Assembly (NCBI GenBank): GCA_963785305.1
Contig: CAWAUV010000007.1
Coordinates: 1,696,001-1,760,000, forward strand
DNA length: 64,000 nucleotides
Direction of reading: 5' to 3'
From: an uncultured Planctomycetaceae bacterium
Lineage (GTDB): Bacteria > Planctomycetota > Planctomycetia > Pirellulales > PALSA-1355
Shown: positions 33,123 to 44,404 of the stretch, one piece after another
Position numbering within the stretch: position 1 is the stretch's first letter
Layout of the letters: every line of letters begins with the position of its first letter
Made by a program: the position numbers and the translations under genes
The notes under the pieces: model-generated
Databases searched by the model: none
What the model saw: only the letters and a program-made list of their open reading frames with translations
Told to the model about the DNA's origin: nothing

Positions 33123-34112
33123 ATGGCGGGCGGGATCGAACCGGTGGTGTACGAGCCGCACCCGCGCGGCGGTTCCTATCCGCCTTTCGATGGCGAGCAG
33201 GGCGCCCTGGGAAATGGGGCGTTTGGCGCCGGGGCCTATCCGCCGATCGTGCCCGCGCGGCGGTCTTGGCAGACGCCCTTGCTGCTGTTTATCGCCACGA
33301 TCGCCAGCACGTTTTGGATTCACTATCCCTATCCATTTATCAACCCCGAGGCCAGCGACGCGGCGCGGGTAGCCGGCATTCGCGACGCCCTGCTCTATTG
33401 TGGCGGCATCATGTTTATTCTCACCGCCCATGAGTTGGGACATTTCGTGCAAGCGCTGCGATATCGGGTGCCGACCAGTTACCCCTACTTCATTCCAATG
33501 CCGATCAGCCTGATCGGCACGATGGGCGCCGTGATCGCCCTGCGCGGCCACATGGGCAATCGCAAGACATTATTCGATATCGGCATCTCGGGCCCCCTGG
33601 CGGGGCTCGTACCCGCGATCGTGCTCTCGGTGATCGGCATCCAGTGGTCGCAGGTCTTGCCGACGCAAGAGGGCGGGTATCAGAGCTTTGGCGAGCCGCT
33701 CTTGTTCACCTGGCTCATTCACTGGCTCAAAGGACCACTACCGCAGGGAACCGATGTAATGTTGCATCCCTTGGCCTTCGCCGGCTGGGTCGGGTTTCTA
33801 ATCACGTCGATCAATCTGTTTCCCGTCGGACAACTCGACGGCGGGCATATCTTGTATGCGATTTTGCGACGCAAGAGTTATCCGGTGGCACTGCTTGTGC
33901 TCGTCGGCGCCGGGCTGGGCATGGTGCTGCTCAATTCGTATCAATTGTTGCCGATGCTGCTCCTCTTGATCTGGATGCGGCCATTTCATCCGCCCACGGC
34001 CAACGACGCCGAACCGCTCGGCCTGGGTCGCACGATTCTGGGCATCGCCACACTCATGTTCCTCGTTGTCGGCTTCACGCCCACGCCCTTTCAATTCAAC
34101 GGGACCAATTGA
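33123..34112 (+). CDS. Site-2 protease (M50) family metalloprotease
   Basis: HELGH, DIGISGPLAG, NLFPVGQLDGGH. Confidence 0.93.
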   Translation: MAGGIEPVVYEPHPRGGSYPPFDGEQGALGNGAFGAGAYPPIVPARRSWQTPLLLFIATIASTFWIHYPYPFINPEASDAARVAGIRDALLYCGGIMFILTAHELGHFVQALRYRVPTSYPYFIPMPISLIGTMGAVIALRGHMGNRKTLFDIGISGPLAGLVPAIVLSVIGIQWSQVLPTQEGGYQSFGEPLLFTWLIHWLKGPLPQGTDVMLHPLAFAGWVGFLITSINLFPVGQLDGGHILYAILRRKSYPVALLVLVGAGLGMVLLNSYQLLPMLLLLIWMRPFHPPTANDAEPLGLGRTILGIATLMFLVVGFTPTPFQFNGTN

Positions 34113-34172
34113 GCCCGCGAAGTGAACCGCGGGGCATGGATACGGGGCATGCACCGTGGCGCGTGGCGGATT

Positions 34173-34196
34173 CTTCGCTGGCGCTTCAGGCTTGTG
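34173..34196 (-). repeat. REP-like dispersed repeat, copy 2
   Basis: CTTCGCTGGCGCTTCAGGCTTGTG, the reverse complement of 18252-18275. Confidence 0.75.
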
Positions 34197-34244
34197 GGGG
34201 GGAAGGCGGCTTAGCGGCGAGGCTCCGCGCCGCGGGGGCGCCGC

Positions 34245-35574
34245 TCAAGCTTTTTGACCCTTCGCCGCTCGATAGCTTTCATCGAGCAGTTCCATCGGAT
34301 GCACGATCCGGAGCGGGCTGCCTTGCTCGCGCGCCTCGCGGCCAATCTGCAACAGACAGCCGGCGTTGGCGGCCACTACCGTGTGGGCGCCTGTGGCCAG
34401 GATATTGTCGAGCTTGCGGCGCCCGAGCCGCTGGGCCATTTCCGGCTGGGTGAGGTTGTAGGTCCCCGCGGCCCCGCAGCAGAGATCGGCTTCGGCCAGT
34501 TCGCGCAGTTCGAGTCCGGGGATCTGAGCGAGCAGCCGCCGCGGGGCTTCGCGGATTTTCTGAGCGTGGGCTAGGTGGCAAGCGTCGTGATATGTCGCAA
34601 TGGTTTCGAGCCGGCCGGTCGGAGGAAGGAGGCCGAGCGAATCGAGAAACTCATGCACATCGCGAACCTTGGCCCCGAGCGCGGCCCGAGCGGCTTCGCC
34701 GGCGCCATGCCAGTGGTCGCCATATTCCTTGAGCATCGCCCCGCAGCCAGCCACATTGACCACCACGGCGTCGACATCGAGCGAGCCGAAAGCGCGGACA
34801 TTGGCGTCGGCCAGTTGCCGGGCCGGCTCGCTCGAGCCGGCATGAAAATGAATCGCCCCGCAGCAGCGCCGTTTCATGGGCGTGAGCACGTCGCAGCCAT
34901 TGCGCTGCAGGACGCGCGCCGTGGCCCAATGCGCGGAGCGAAACATCGCATCGGCCACGCAGCCGGTGAAGAGCGCGACGCGAGCCCGCCGCGGACCGAT
35001 CGCCGGCAACACCGGCGGCAAGGCCGGCAGTGGATCGCCCAAGGGCGGCGCCATGTCGACCAGGCGCCGCAATCGGGCCGGCAGTAGATTCAAGAGACCC
35101 AGCCGCCGGGCCAGACGGTCGATTCCCGTCCGCTGGGCAAATCGGGCCGGCAGCATCGCCAACCGCAATCGCCTCGGATCGGGCATCAGCCAAAACAGTA
35201 TCCAGCGATGGAACCAATCTCGGCTCGGGTCGGCTGCCCCGGCGGACATCGCCACGCGAAACGGCTCGATCAAGTGGCCATATTGCACGCCCGAGGGACA
35301 GGCCGTCTCGCAGCCGCGGCAATCGAGGCAGCAGCTCGAGATGCCGCCGCACTTCGGGCGTGAGCGACAATCGCTCGTCGGTCACGGCCCGCATCAGGTA
35401 GATGCGTCCGCGGGGGCTGTCGTTTTCGTCGCCGGTTTCGAGATAAGTGGGACATGCGGCGGTACACAGGCCACAATGCACGCAGTCTTGAAACAGCCGA
35501 TAGTCGATCGCCGCCCCGGGATTGGTTGACCGGGGAGAGGCCGGGCCAGGATTGGGTTCAGAGTGAGTTGTCAT
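34245..35574 (-). CDS. GlcF-like Fe-S oxidoreductase (4Fe-4S dicluster + two CCG domains); indel near 35335
   Basis: [14 protein letters not shown]...SPRGRI, second CxxCxxCxxxCP, CCGA, YHDACHL, NAGC. Confidence 0.9.
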
Positions 35575-35611
35575 GGGGGGCACGTGCCTCGAATTCGCGT
35601 GCCACACGGGG

Positions 35612-36419
35612 CTATTCGGGTCGGGTGGCTTTGCGCACCAGTTCGCGGTCGAAATAGTTCGCGCTCATGCCGGCGTCGACCACGATATTCTGCGCGTTGA
35701 CGCCGCTCGAACGCGGGCTAAGCAAAAACGCGGCCACGGCGGCGGCTTCTTCCGTGGCCACGGCTCGCCGGCGTAAGGTGGCTTGTTCGGCATAGAGATA
35801 CGAATCGACATAGCCGGGAATGCCGGCCGAGGCCGAGGTTTTCAACAGGCCCGGCGCCACGGCGTTGAAACGCACTCGCGAAAATTGGCTGAACGACTTG
35901 GCCAGAAACACCAAGGCCGAATCGAGCGCCGCCTTGCAGGGCGCCATGTAGCCATAGTTTTCGGCGGCCATGCGCGTCGTGGAGATCGACACCGTGACGA
36001 CCGAGCCATCGGGGTCGAACATGTCTTGAAACAGATGCGACAACGCCATGAGCGAGAAGCACGAAATGTCCATCGCGCGCAGGAAGTCGCGCTTGCTGGT
36101 TTCGTGAAACGCCTTGGGGCCCTCGCCATAGTCGGCAAATGCGATCGAATGCACCAGGCCAAACAGCCGCGAGCTTCGGGCGCCGACTTTCTCGCGGAGT
36201 GCCGCGAGCTCGTCGGGAAACTCGACATCGCACACATACACCGGCGCCGGCGCCACGAGCCGCCCCACGGATGCCTCGCGCCGGCGAGCGCACCGCGTAC
36301 ATCACATCGGCCCCGGCGGCCGTGAGCAGTTGCCCGATATGCCAAGCCACGCTTTTCCGATTGGCCACGCCGGTGACCAGGATCGGCTGCCCGGCGAGTT
36401 GCAAGAAGTCGAACGTCAT
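35612..36419 (-). CDS. fabI: Enoyl-ACP reductase (FabI-like SDR); indel near 36280
   Basis: [35 protein letters not shown] (Y-x2-M-x3-K). Confidence 0.85.
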
Positions 36420-36447
36420 CGAGAGACAACCGGGGTAGCGAGACCTG

Positions 36448-36895
36448 TCAGCCGGAATACGCGCTGCTCGAGTCCATGGCGGCGAGCGTGGCGGTGAAAT
36501 CGAATCGCACGGCGAGCGTGCCCTCGCACGTGACTTGGGCCCGCATATAAAACGCGTCGGACACCCGATCCTTGATCTCGACCTCGAGCAGCACTGTTTC
36601 GCCCGGCCGCACCACGCGCTTGAATCGCACATCGCGCAGGCGAGCCACCACTGGCACGCGGCCATCGCGCGGAACCTGCGGCGCGCACCAGCACCGCGCC
36701 CGCCTGCATCGCCGCTTCGCACAGCAACACGCCGGGCGTGATGGGATACGAGGGATAGTGGCCCGGGTAAAACCATTCGTCGGGGCGCCACGTCTTGCGG
36801 CACACGATGCGCGTGTCGGACTGCTCGACGATGTCGTCGATGAGTAGAAACGGATCGCGATGCGGAATTGCGGCTAGGATTTCTTCTCGGCTCAT
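36448..36895 (-). CDS. fabZ: 3-hydroxyacyl-ACP dehydratase FabZ-like; indel near 36670
   Basis: [46 protein letters not shown] overlap with the upstream gene. Confidence 0.87.
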
Positions 36896-38340
36896 GGGGC
36901 TACGGATGAGATCGATGGCCAGGGGTTGGACTTCATCAACAGCGAATCGACGTCGTTCGCCACGATCACGCCATAGTTCACCGCGCCCAGCCATCCGGAC
37001 ATGATGATGCCTACGCTACCGGCGTGAAACAGGCCGCGGACTTGTTCGGGAACGGCGCGGCTCACGGCCAGCCCTTCGAACTTGGTGCCAAAGCTGGCGC
37101 CAGCCCAGTGACGGGTGTAGTGCTGGAAAGTGCGCGGGGTCGACGCCTCGGCGTGTTCGAGGCGGTCCCGAATGTCTGGAATATAACGTGCCAAGGCGTC
37201 GAGTGTCGACTCGACCAGTTCGGTTTTACTGGCCGCGTAGGCGGCGTCGTCGAGCCCGGACCAATCGGCGAAATTGGCGTTGGTGCTCGACACCACCAGG
37301 CAGCGGTCGGTTTCGGGCCGCGAGCGCGGATAATAGAAGGAGTAAGTGCGGCTGGTCACATCGCGGCTGAGGAGCGCTTCGGTGCGAAACAGCGGAGCGG
37401 TCGAGCTAAAGAGCAGGTCGCCCAGGCTTTCGTCGAGCAATTCGCCCGGTTTGAGCGAAATATACACTTGGCAACTCGAATTGTTGAGCCGCACGGCGCG
37501 GGCCTGGTCGACGAATTTGCCATCGAAATGTTCGTCGCCCACGAGATCGAAGATCGTGGCCTTGAGATTGGCGTTGGACACGACGGCCCGGCAGCGAATG
37601 CGCCGGCCATTGACCTCGACCGCCTCGACCCGCCCGCGGCGGACGACGATTCGCTGGACGTCGGCCCGAATCCGGCAATCGACGCCGCTCTTGCGCAGGT
37701 CTTCGCCCATCAGATGGATCAGCCGATCGGTGCCGCCTTGAAACGTGTACACGCCTTTGCTCATGAAGTTCGAAAACACGATGCCGTAGCTGATCGCGGG
37801 GTCTTCGAGCGTCGAGCCGTTGGCATAGGTGATCGGCTCCATGAGCAGCCGGATCACGTCCTCGCGGCCCGGAAAGAAGCGATCGAAAAGCTCGCGGACC
37901 GTGGTCGCTTGGTCGTCGTAGAAATTCATGCCTCGGGCGGTGTCGAAAAACGCCTGCACGGTTTCGGCCGGCACGCGAAATTTTTCGACCAGTTGGCGCG
38001 TGAAGTCGGCGCGGTCGAAGGTCGTGGCGAGGCTGAACATCGGGTTGTCGAACCGAATATTCTTGAGCTGCACGATCGAATCGGCGATCTCGGCGGTCCA
38101 GTAGCGGCGACAGCTTTTGATCATGCCGATCGGAAAGCCATGGAGCGAGATATCGAAAATGGCGCCCTTGGGCCGTCGAAACCAGGTGGCCATGCCGCCG
38201 AGCTTGTAGTGCTGCTCGAGGAGCAGCACGGAGCGGCCGGACCGGGCCAAGGTGTTGGCGGCGGTCATGCCGGCGAGTCCGCTGCCGATGACCACGACGT
38301 CGTATTCGTCTTGAGCGCCCTTGAGAAAGTCTTTGGGCAT
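36892..38340 (-). CDS. Phytoene-desaturase-like FAD-dependent oxidoreductase
   Basis: VVIGSGLAG...[11 protein letters not shown]ossmann fold, [18 protein letters not shown]...GASFG, LFHAGS...GWLGA. Confidence 0.88.
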   Translation of the reverse strand: MPKDFLKGAQDEYDVVVIGSGLAGMTAANTLARSGRSVLLLEQHYKLGGMATWFRRPKGAIFDISLHGFPIGMIKSCRRYWTAEIADSIVQLKNIRFDNPMFSLATTFDRADFTRQLVEKFRVPAETVQAFFDTARGMNFYDDQATTVRELFDRFFPGREDVIRLLMEPITYANGSTLEDPAISYGIVFSNFMSKGVYTFQGGTDRLIHLMGEDLRKSGVDCRIRADVQRIVVRRGRVEAVEVNGRRIRCRAVVSNANLKATIFDLVGDEHFDGKFVDQARAVRLNNSSCQVYISLKPGELLDESLGDLLFSSTAPLFRTEALLSRDVTSRTYSFYYPRSRPETDRCLVVSSTNANFADWSGLDDAAYAASKTELVESTLDALARYIPDIRDRLEHAEASTPRTFQHYTRHWAGASFGTKFEGLAVSRAVPEQVRGLFHAGSVGIIMSGWLGAVNYGVIVANDVDSLLMKSNPWPSISSVAP

Positions 38341-38564
38341 GGAGTCGATTCCAGAAAAAGAAAAACGGCAAACCCCCGCGGCGCTCGCACGGGGCGCGGT
38401 CCAGCGGCGAGGGAAGTCAAAGCGAGTTAATGCGGTTTCACGGGCGCCGCTGAATTATATCGCCCCGCGGCGCCTTTTCAGAAGGGCCCCCCCGGGCTTG
38501 CGGCGAATCGCATGGGGGGCGTTCTCTCTGGACGGGGGACTCGTCGCGACCCAGACTCGTGCGA

Positions 38565-39195
38565 TTAGGCGTCCGGCGCGATGCTCTTCGTCAGCCGCCA
38601 CATGCCGGTCGTGGGATTGCGGCCCTCTTCGCGGTCCTCCGTGGCGTCGATTTCGAGTCGTTCGGCGTGGCTGCGGGCTTGCGGATAGCCGGCCGCGAAC
38701 TTCTGGTAATCGACATGCTTGTCGTAATTCGGGAGATGCCTTTTGAGCCGCTTGTGAATCTCGTCGCCATCCACAAGTCCCGGGGGGGCGCCGAAATGGA
38801 GAAATAACCAGAGCTCGATGCAAGGATTCGAGATCGCGAGTTTCACCCCGGCCTTCGCGGCGTCGCTTTTGGCTTCGGCGATATCCGGATGCGTGTCCAC
38901 GTCGAACACGGCCCATACTTCGTCGAACGCAATGTTCGGGTCGCCTTCGCGTTTTGCTCGCTTCTGGCTGTTCGTCAATCTGTCGATGGCAACGGCGACG
39001 ACCTTTCGCGGCGGCACGACGCCACCGAGAGTTTCGACTTTGACGAGCGGATTCCGCGCGGCCTTGATAAAGCCGTTGATGTATTCCTTTTCCGTCACCT
39101 CGCCTTCGCACACGACCAACAGCCTCGGCTTGGGGGGGGCGAAATGGCGTTCGTCGCGCGGGGCGGCGCTTTCGGTCACGTTTGCGCGGCGACAT
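38565..39195 (-). CDS. RloB-like protein (frame break in the G8 tract at 39132-39139)
   Basis: LVVCEGEVTEKEY, VWAVFDVD, SNPCIELWLFLHF, NPTT. Confidence 0.88.
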
Positions 39196-39197
39196 GA

Positions 39198-40454
39198 TTA
39201 GTCCTCACTTGCCACGATTGCGGCAAAGTCGCCGAGGAAGGGGATTGCTCCGTAGCGACCTTGGAGATAGCCGCGCTCAAGGTTCTCGGAGCCGCGCGGT
39301 TTGTAGTCGGTCAGTGGGTAAAGGACCGACGCCCCATCGTCCTTCTTTTCGGTAAACCAAATTTGATCGCGGCGAAGCAGCGCTTCGTCGCCCACTCCAG
39401 CGAGGAAATTCGTATCGTGAGTGGTGAATAGAAGCTGGGCGTTGCGAGGATTCGTTTCCGGGCTGTTGAACATCCGCACGATCTCTCGCGCTAGGACCGG
39501 ATGTAAACCAGATTCCGGTTCGTCGATCAGCAGCGGCCTTGCAAAGCTTAGCGACGCGATAATTTCCGGCGCTAGCCGAAGCAAAGTCTGCGTACCGTCC
39601 GATTCTTGATCGAGATCAAGCCACGAGTCATCGCCGCCCGTCTCGTGTCGCAACATGATCCGGCCGTGGCGTGAATCCGAGTCGCTCGCGTCGCGAATTA
39701 TTTTGACGTCCACGATGCCAATGTCCGCCGCCCGCAACAATCCCAAAACTTTGCTGCGCAGCTCCGGATCGCAAACAACTGGGTTTGGGTCAGACGCACG
39801 ATCGAAGAGTTCCCGCTTCAAGAAACCTACCGTAGCCGGGGTTAATGGGCTCCGCACCGTGTCGGCGTCGTAGAAACGCGCGAACCATCGATAGGCGGCG
39901 GCTATTATTTGAAGGTGTCCATGTTGAGCCGCCGTGGACAGAAATAGCGCGTTGGGGCGCGTCACTTCTCGAATCTTTTCGTTCGGGCCATTGAGATGCG
40001 CTCCGAATTTGAATTTCTCTCCCTCGCGCTCGAACCAAGTCTGTTTACGTCCGCTGGGCCATGCGTAAAGCCACTCTTCCAAGATCGCGTGATCATCGAC
40101 GACGAAGCCGTATTGGTATTTCACATCATTGAACAGCAGCGTGACTTCGAATGTCGACGGCGCCTTTTTCTGCTCGCCCCAGGCGAACGGCTCGCGCGGC
40201 ACGCCACCCTCCGGGGCCCAGAGCCGGTGGGAATTCAGCACCGCCTCGCGCATGAAGGCGAGGGCATTGAGCACATTGCTCTTGCCGCTCGCATTGGCGC
40301 CGTAAAGCACGGCGACGGGCAGCAGCTTTTCTTTGTGGCCCTGCACGGTCCGCGGCCGGGAGTCAGCCTCGTCACCCAGGCGGGCGGCTTCAAATGTCAG
40401 CGCCTGTTCGTCGCGCAGAGAACGGTGGTTTTCCACCCGAAATTCGATCAGCAC
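39198..40454 (-). CDS. RloA-like AAA_21/ABC-family ATPase
   Basis: YGANASGKSN Walker A, ESDGT signature, LLIDEPESGLHP Walker B, FTTH, RRDQIWF, YLQGRYGAIP. Confidence 0.92.
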   Translation of the reverse strand: MLIEFRVENHRSLRDEQALTFEAARLGDEADSRPRTVQGHKEKLLPVAVLYGANASGKSNVLNALAFMREAVLNSHRLWAPEGGVPREPFAWGEQKKAPSTFEVTLLFNDVKYQYGFVVDDHAILEEWLYAWPSGRKQTWFEREGEKFKFGAHLNGPNEKIREVTRPNALFLSTAAQHGHLQIIAAAYRWFARFYDADTVRSPLTPATVGFLKRELFDRASDPNPVVCDPELRSKVLGLLRAADIGIVDVKIIRDASDSDSRHGRIMLRHETGGDDSWLDLDQESDGTQTLLRLAPEIIASLSFARPLLIDEPESGLHPVLAREIVRMFNSPETNPRNAQLLFTTHDTNFLAGVGDEALLRRDQIWFTEKKDDGASVLYPLTDYKPRGSENLERGYLQGRYGAIPFLGDFAAIVASED

Positions 40455-40929
40455 TGCTTATCCTCCCGATCGATCGAAAAACACCATGAAGCGTCGCTTT
40501 GTGCAATTTTACTGCGCAAATGGAGCCGAAATACGTCATTTTTCGGATTTTATCGGCGAAATTCCGAAAAACTAGCCCGTCCGGATCGGCCGCCGAGTAG
40601 GCTTCGCTCCTTTCCTGGAACGTTTTGCACCGCTGAATGCGCCGCTCGCCATCGGCCGCATGGCGCATCGTGCCGCCCCCAAAACGTTTGCCCATCGGGC
40701 GATGTGCGCGAATCGCGTGAGCTCACCCATCATTTTTCGCGTTTCCAACCACGCGCGGCGTCGGTATCTTTGAAGTTATCGCCCGCGCGCCACGGCCCAC
40801 CCGCGCTTTCGAGTCATTTGGGTCTCGCTTTGCCATGCGAGGGGGGCGCCTTCGCGGCGGAGCGTTGCGAAATGCCTTGAGGCGTCTCGCTTTCCGCCTT
40901 TTTTGATCCCCGGTTCGAGGCCCTGATCG

Positions 40930-42193
40930 ATGAGTCACGAAAACGAAGCGGATAATCCGATCAACGACACCACGCCGTTCAAAATCGAGCTGGCCGAGCG
41001 CGTCAAGCGGCTGCCGCCTTATTTGTTCGCGCGCATCAATGCCGTGAAATATCAAAAGCGCCGCGCCGGCGACGATGTGATCGATCTCGGCATGGGCAAC
41101 CCCTCCGATCCGCCGCAGGACTTGGTGATCGACAAACTCACCGCCGCTGCCCACGATCCGCGGAACCACGGTTACAGCAAGGCGCTCGGCATCAACAACC
41201 TTCGCCGCGAGCTCGCCGGCAAGTATCTCAAGAAATACGGCGTGCGGCTCGATCCCGAATCGGAAACGATCGTCTGCCTCGGCTCGAAAGAGGGTTTCAG
41301 CCACATTTGCCTGGCGCTGGTTGGCCCCGGCGACGCCGCGATCGTGCCGGCCCCGTATTTTCCGGTGCATGTCTACGCGGTAGCGCTGGCGGCGGCCAAT
41401 GTGATCTCGCTCGAAGTGGCCGACAGCGAAAAGTTCCTCTCGAATGTCGCTTACACCTGCCAGCATTTGTATCCGAAGCCGAAACTGCTGATCGTGAACT
41501 ATCCGCACAATCCGTCCACTGTCACGGTCGAGCCGGAGTTTTTCGTCGATGTCGTGAAGCTCGCCAGACGCTACGGGTTCATGGTGATCAGCGATTTCGC
41601 TTATGCCGACGTGGCCTTCGATGGCTACCAGCCGCCCAGCTTTCTGGCGGCGCCGGGCGCCCGCGATGTGGGCGTCGAATTCACGACGATGAGCAAAGGC
41701 TACAACATGGCCGGTTGGCGCGTTGGGTTTCTGCGCCGGCAACGCCGAGATGGTTCGCGCCCTGGGCACGATCAAGACCTACTACGACTACGGCATGTTT
41801 CAACCGATTCAAATCGCCGCGATCATGGCCCTGCGCCACACCGACGCCGCGGTCGAGGCCCAAAGCGCGCTCTATCAGCGGCGCCGCGATGTGCTCGTCG
41901 ACGGACTGCGACGCATCGGCTGGGAAGTCACGCCCCCCCGGGCCGGCATGTTTCTCTGGGTTAAAGTGCCCGAGCCCTGGGCCAGTCGCATGGACACGAT
42001 GCAATTCGCCACCAAGCTGCTCGAGGAGGGCGATGTGGCGGTGAGTCCGGGCAGTGGATTCGGTCCGGCGGGCGAAGGTTATTTGCGATTGGCGCTGGTC
42101 GAAAACGAAAACCGGCTCAAGCAGGCAGTGCGGCAGATTGCGCGGTGCTTGGGAACCGAGACCAAGGCGCTCGGCCCGCTGGCCGCGGGATGA
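40930..42193 (+). CDS. PLP-dependent aminotransferase class I/II (AlaC/LL-DAP-like); indel near 41730
   Basis: [45 protein letters not shown]. Confidence 0.93.
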
Positions 42194-42377
42194 GTTGATT
42201 CCCAATTGCCGTCGGCCGAACCCAGTTGCCTTTGGCCGCGCAAGAGCGATTATTTGTTTTTGCGAGGCGCGCCCCCGGCGGGGCCGCGGCGTTTTGCGTC
42301 AGGCAAATGGCTGTTGTCATCGGCGCTCCCTTTCCGATCGCGTCTGATACCGAAATTCATTGGATCGACTACACACG

Positions 42378-43886
42378 ATGGGCATACCGCTCGGCCGAGG
42401 ATCGCGAATCGCCTTTGCGTTCACTTTTGGGGCTCTGGTGCTCAATGCGGTGCTCGGCTGTTGGACAGTTGTCGAGCTTACGCGGAGCGGACAATGGGTG
42501 GCCCACACGCATGAGGTCACGACGGTCCTCGAGCAAATCTTTTCCGAGCTGAAAGATGGCGAGGCGAGCGTGCGCGGCTATTTGCTGACCGATGATCGCG
42601 CTTTTTTGCGACCATTCCAAGCCGCGAGCGGTCTGATCGACCCCACGCTCGATTACCTCGCGGCGCTCACGGTCGATAATCCGGCCCAGCAAGCTTCGGT
42701 CCGTCGCTTGAGCGAGCTTGTTCACGAACGCTTCGATTTCCTGGCCGCGATCGTACGTGACGCCGACCGCGAGGGCGCCGACGCGAGCCTTTATCTGCCC
42801 AAGGTCATCGCCGGCAGGTCGGCGATGCAGCAAGCGCGCGAACTGGTCGACGCGATGCGCATCGAAGAGACTCGCCTCTTGGACTACCGACATCGCATTC
42901 AAGCAACATCGCGTTTCTTGGCGGTGCTGAGCGCCGTGTTTGGCCTCGGGCTCGGCGGCGCGATGCTAGCCGCGTCGATAATTTACGCGGGTCGCGAGGT
43001 GCAAGAGCGGCAGCGCACCGCCGCGGCGCTCTTGCGAATGAACGAACAGCTTGAAGAGCGCGTGCAGGCCCGCACCAACGAACTGGCCGAGGCCAATGCC
43101 CGGTTGCAGGGAGAGGTCGTCGAGCGACGGCGGGCCGAAGAAGCCGCGCGCGAACTCGCCGCGAACTTGCATCGAAGCAATCAGGAATTGGAGCGATTCG
43201 CCTCGGTGGCGTCGCATGATTTGCAGGAGCCCTTGCGAAAGATTCAGGCATTTGGCGATCGGTTGTTCATCAAACTTTCGGATGCGCTGGGCGAACAGGG
43301 ACGCGACTACCTGGGTCGAATGTTGAATTCGGCCGAGCGAATGCGGCGCTTGATCGACGACCTTCTGGCCTTTTCTCGCGTGGGCACCAAGGGGGCGACA
43401 TTTTCCACGGTCGATCTTAACCGGTTGGCCCATGAAGTGCTCGGCGATCTCGAGACCCGAATTCAAGACACCGGGGGCTCGGTCACCGTTGGCGAGTTGC
43501 CAGCGCTCTTGGCCGACGCCATGCAGATTCGTCAGTTATTGCAGAATCTGATTGGAAACGCGCTGAAGTTCCGTCGACCCGAGGCCTCGCCAGTGGTTAA
43601 AGTGGAGGGACGCCTGCTCGGCGACGCCCTGGAAGTCGACGGGCAACGTCGGAGGGTCTGCGAACTGGCGGTGAGCGACAACGGCATCGGTTTCGACGAA
43701 ACGTATCTGGATCGAATTTTCGAGGTTTTCCAACGCTTGCACGGACGCGCCGAGTATGAAGGCACCGGCATGGGACTGGCCATCTGCCGAAGAATCGCTG
43801 AACGCCACGGCGGCTCGATCACGGCCAGAAGCACGCCGGGCGTGGGCTCGACCTTTTATGTGCGCCTGATGGCCGCCGACGTCTGA
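42378..43886 (+). CDS. CHASE3-domain sensor histidine kinase
   Basis: TM, WVAHTHEV...GEASVRGYLLT...LTVDNPAQ (CHASE3), ASHDLQEPLRKI, NALKF, FQRLH, GTGMGL. Confidence 0.95.
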   Translation: MGIPLGRGSRIAFAFTFGALVLNAVLGCWTVVELTRSGQWVAHTHEVTTVLEQIFSELKDGEASVRGYLLTDDRAFLRPFQAASGLIDPTLDYLAALTVDNPAQQASVRRLSELVHERFDFLAAIVRDADREGADASLYLPKVIAGRSAMQQARELVDAMRIEETRLLDYRHRIQATSRFLAVLSAVFGLGLGGAMLAASIIYAGREVQERQRTAAALLRMNEQLEERVQARTNELAEANARLQGEVVERRRAEEAARELAANLHRSNQELERFASVASHDLQEPLRKIQAFGDRLFIKLSDALGEQGRDYLGRMLNSAERMRRLIDDLLAFSRVGTKGATFSTVDLNRLAHEVLGDLETRIQDTGGSVTVGELPALLADAMQIRQLLQNLIGNALKFRRPEASPVVKVEGRLLGDALEVDGQRRRVCELAVSDNGIGFDETYLDRIFEVFQRLHGRAEYEGTGMGLAICRRIAERHGGSITARSTPGVGSTFYVRLMAADV

Positions 43887-43921
43887 CGGGCAACAAGCAA
43901 TTTTCATTTACCTCGCGGAGC

Positions 43922-44404
43922 ATGCACGTGACGCCAGAAGACATCCATCGACCGATCACGATCCTCATGGCCGACGACGACGCCGATGATCGACTCATGA
44001 CCAAGGAAGCCTTCGAGGACAATCGGCTGGCGAACGACTTGCGATTCGTCGGCGATGGCGTCGAGTTGCTCGATTATCTCAAACGCCGCGGAGCCTATGC
44101 CGCTCCCGGCGCGGCGCCCCGGCCGGGGCTGATCCTCTTGGACCTTAATATGCCCAAGATGGACGGGCGCGAAGCGCTGCGGGAGATCAAACGCGATCCG
44201 GAACTGCGACATATTCGCGTCGTGGTGCTCACCACCTCCAAGGCCGAGGAGGATATCTATCGGACCTACGATCTCTCGGCCGCGTCGTATATCACCAAGC
44301 CGGTCACTTTCTCCGGCCTCACGGAAGTGATTCGCGCAATCGGCAAATACTGGCTGGAAATCGTCGAGCTGCCCGGGGACCCGAATGTTAAGTCCGCCGA
44401 GTGA
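43922..44404 (+). CDS. Single-domain response regulator (Rcp1-like)
   Basis: MADDDADD, LLDLNMP, VLTTS, YITKP. Confidence 0.95.
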   Translation: MHVTPEDIHRPITILMADDDADDRLMTKEAFEDNRLANDLRFVGDGVELLDYLKRRGAYAAPGAAPRPGLILLDLNMPKMDGREALREIKRDPELRHIRVVVLTTSKAEEDIYRTYDLSAASYITKPVTFSGLTEVIRAIGKYWLEIVELPGDPNVKSAE

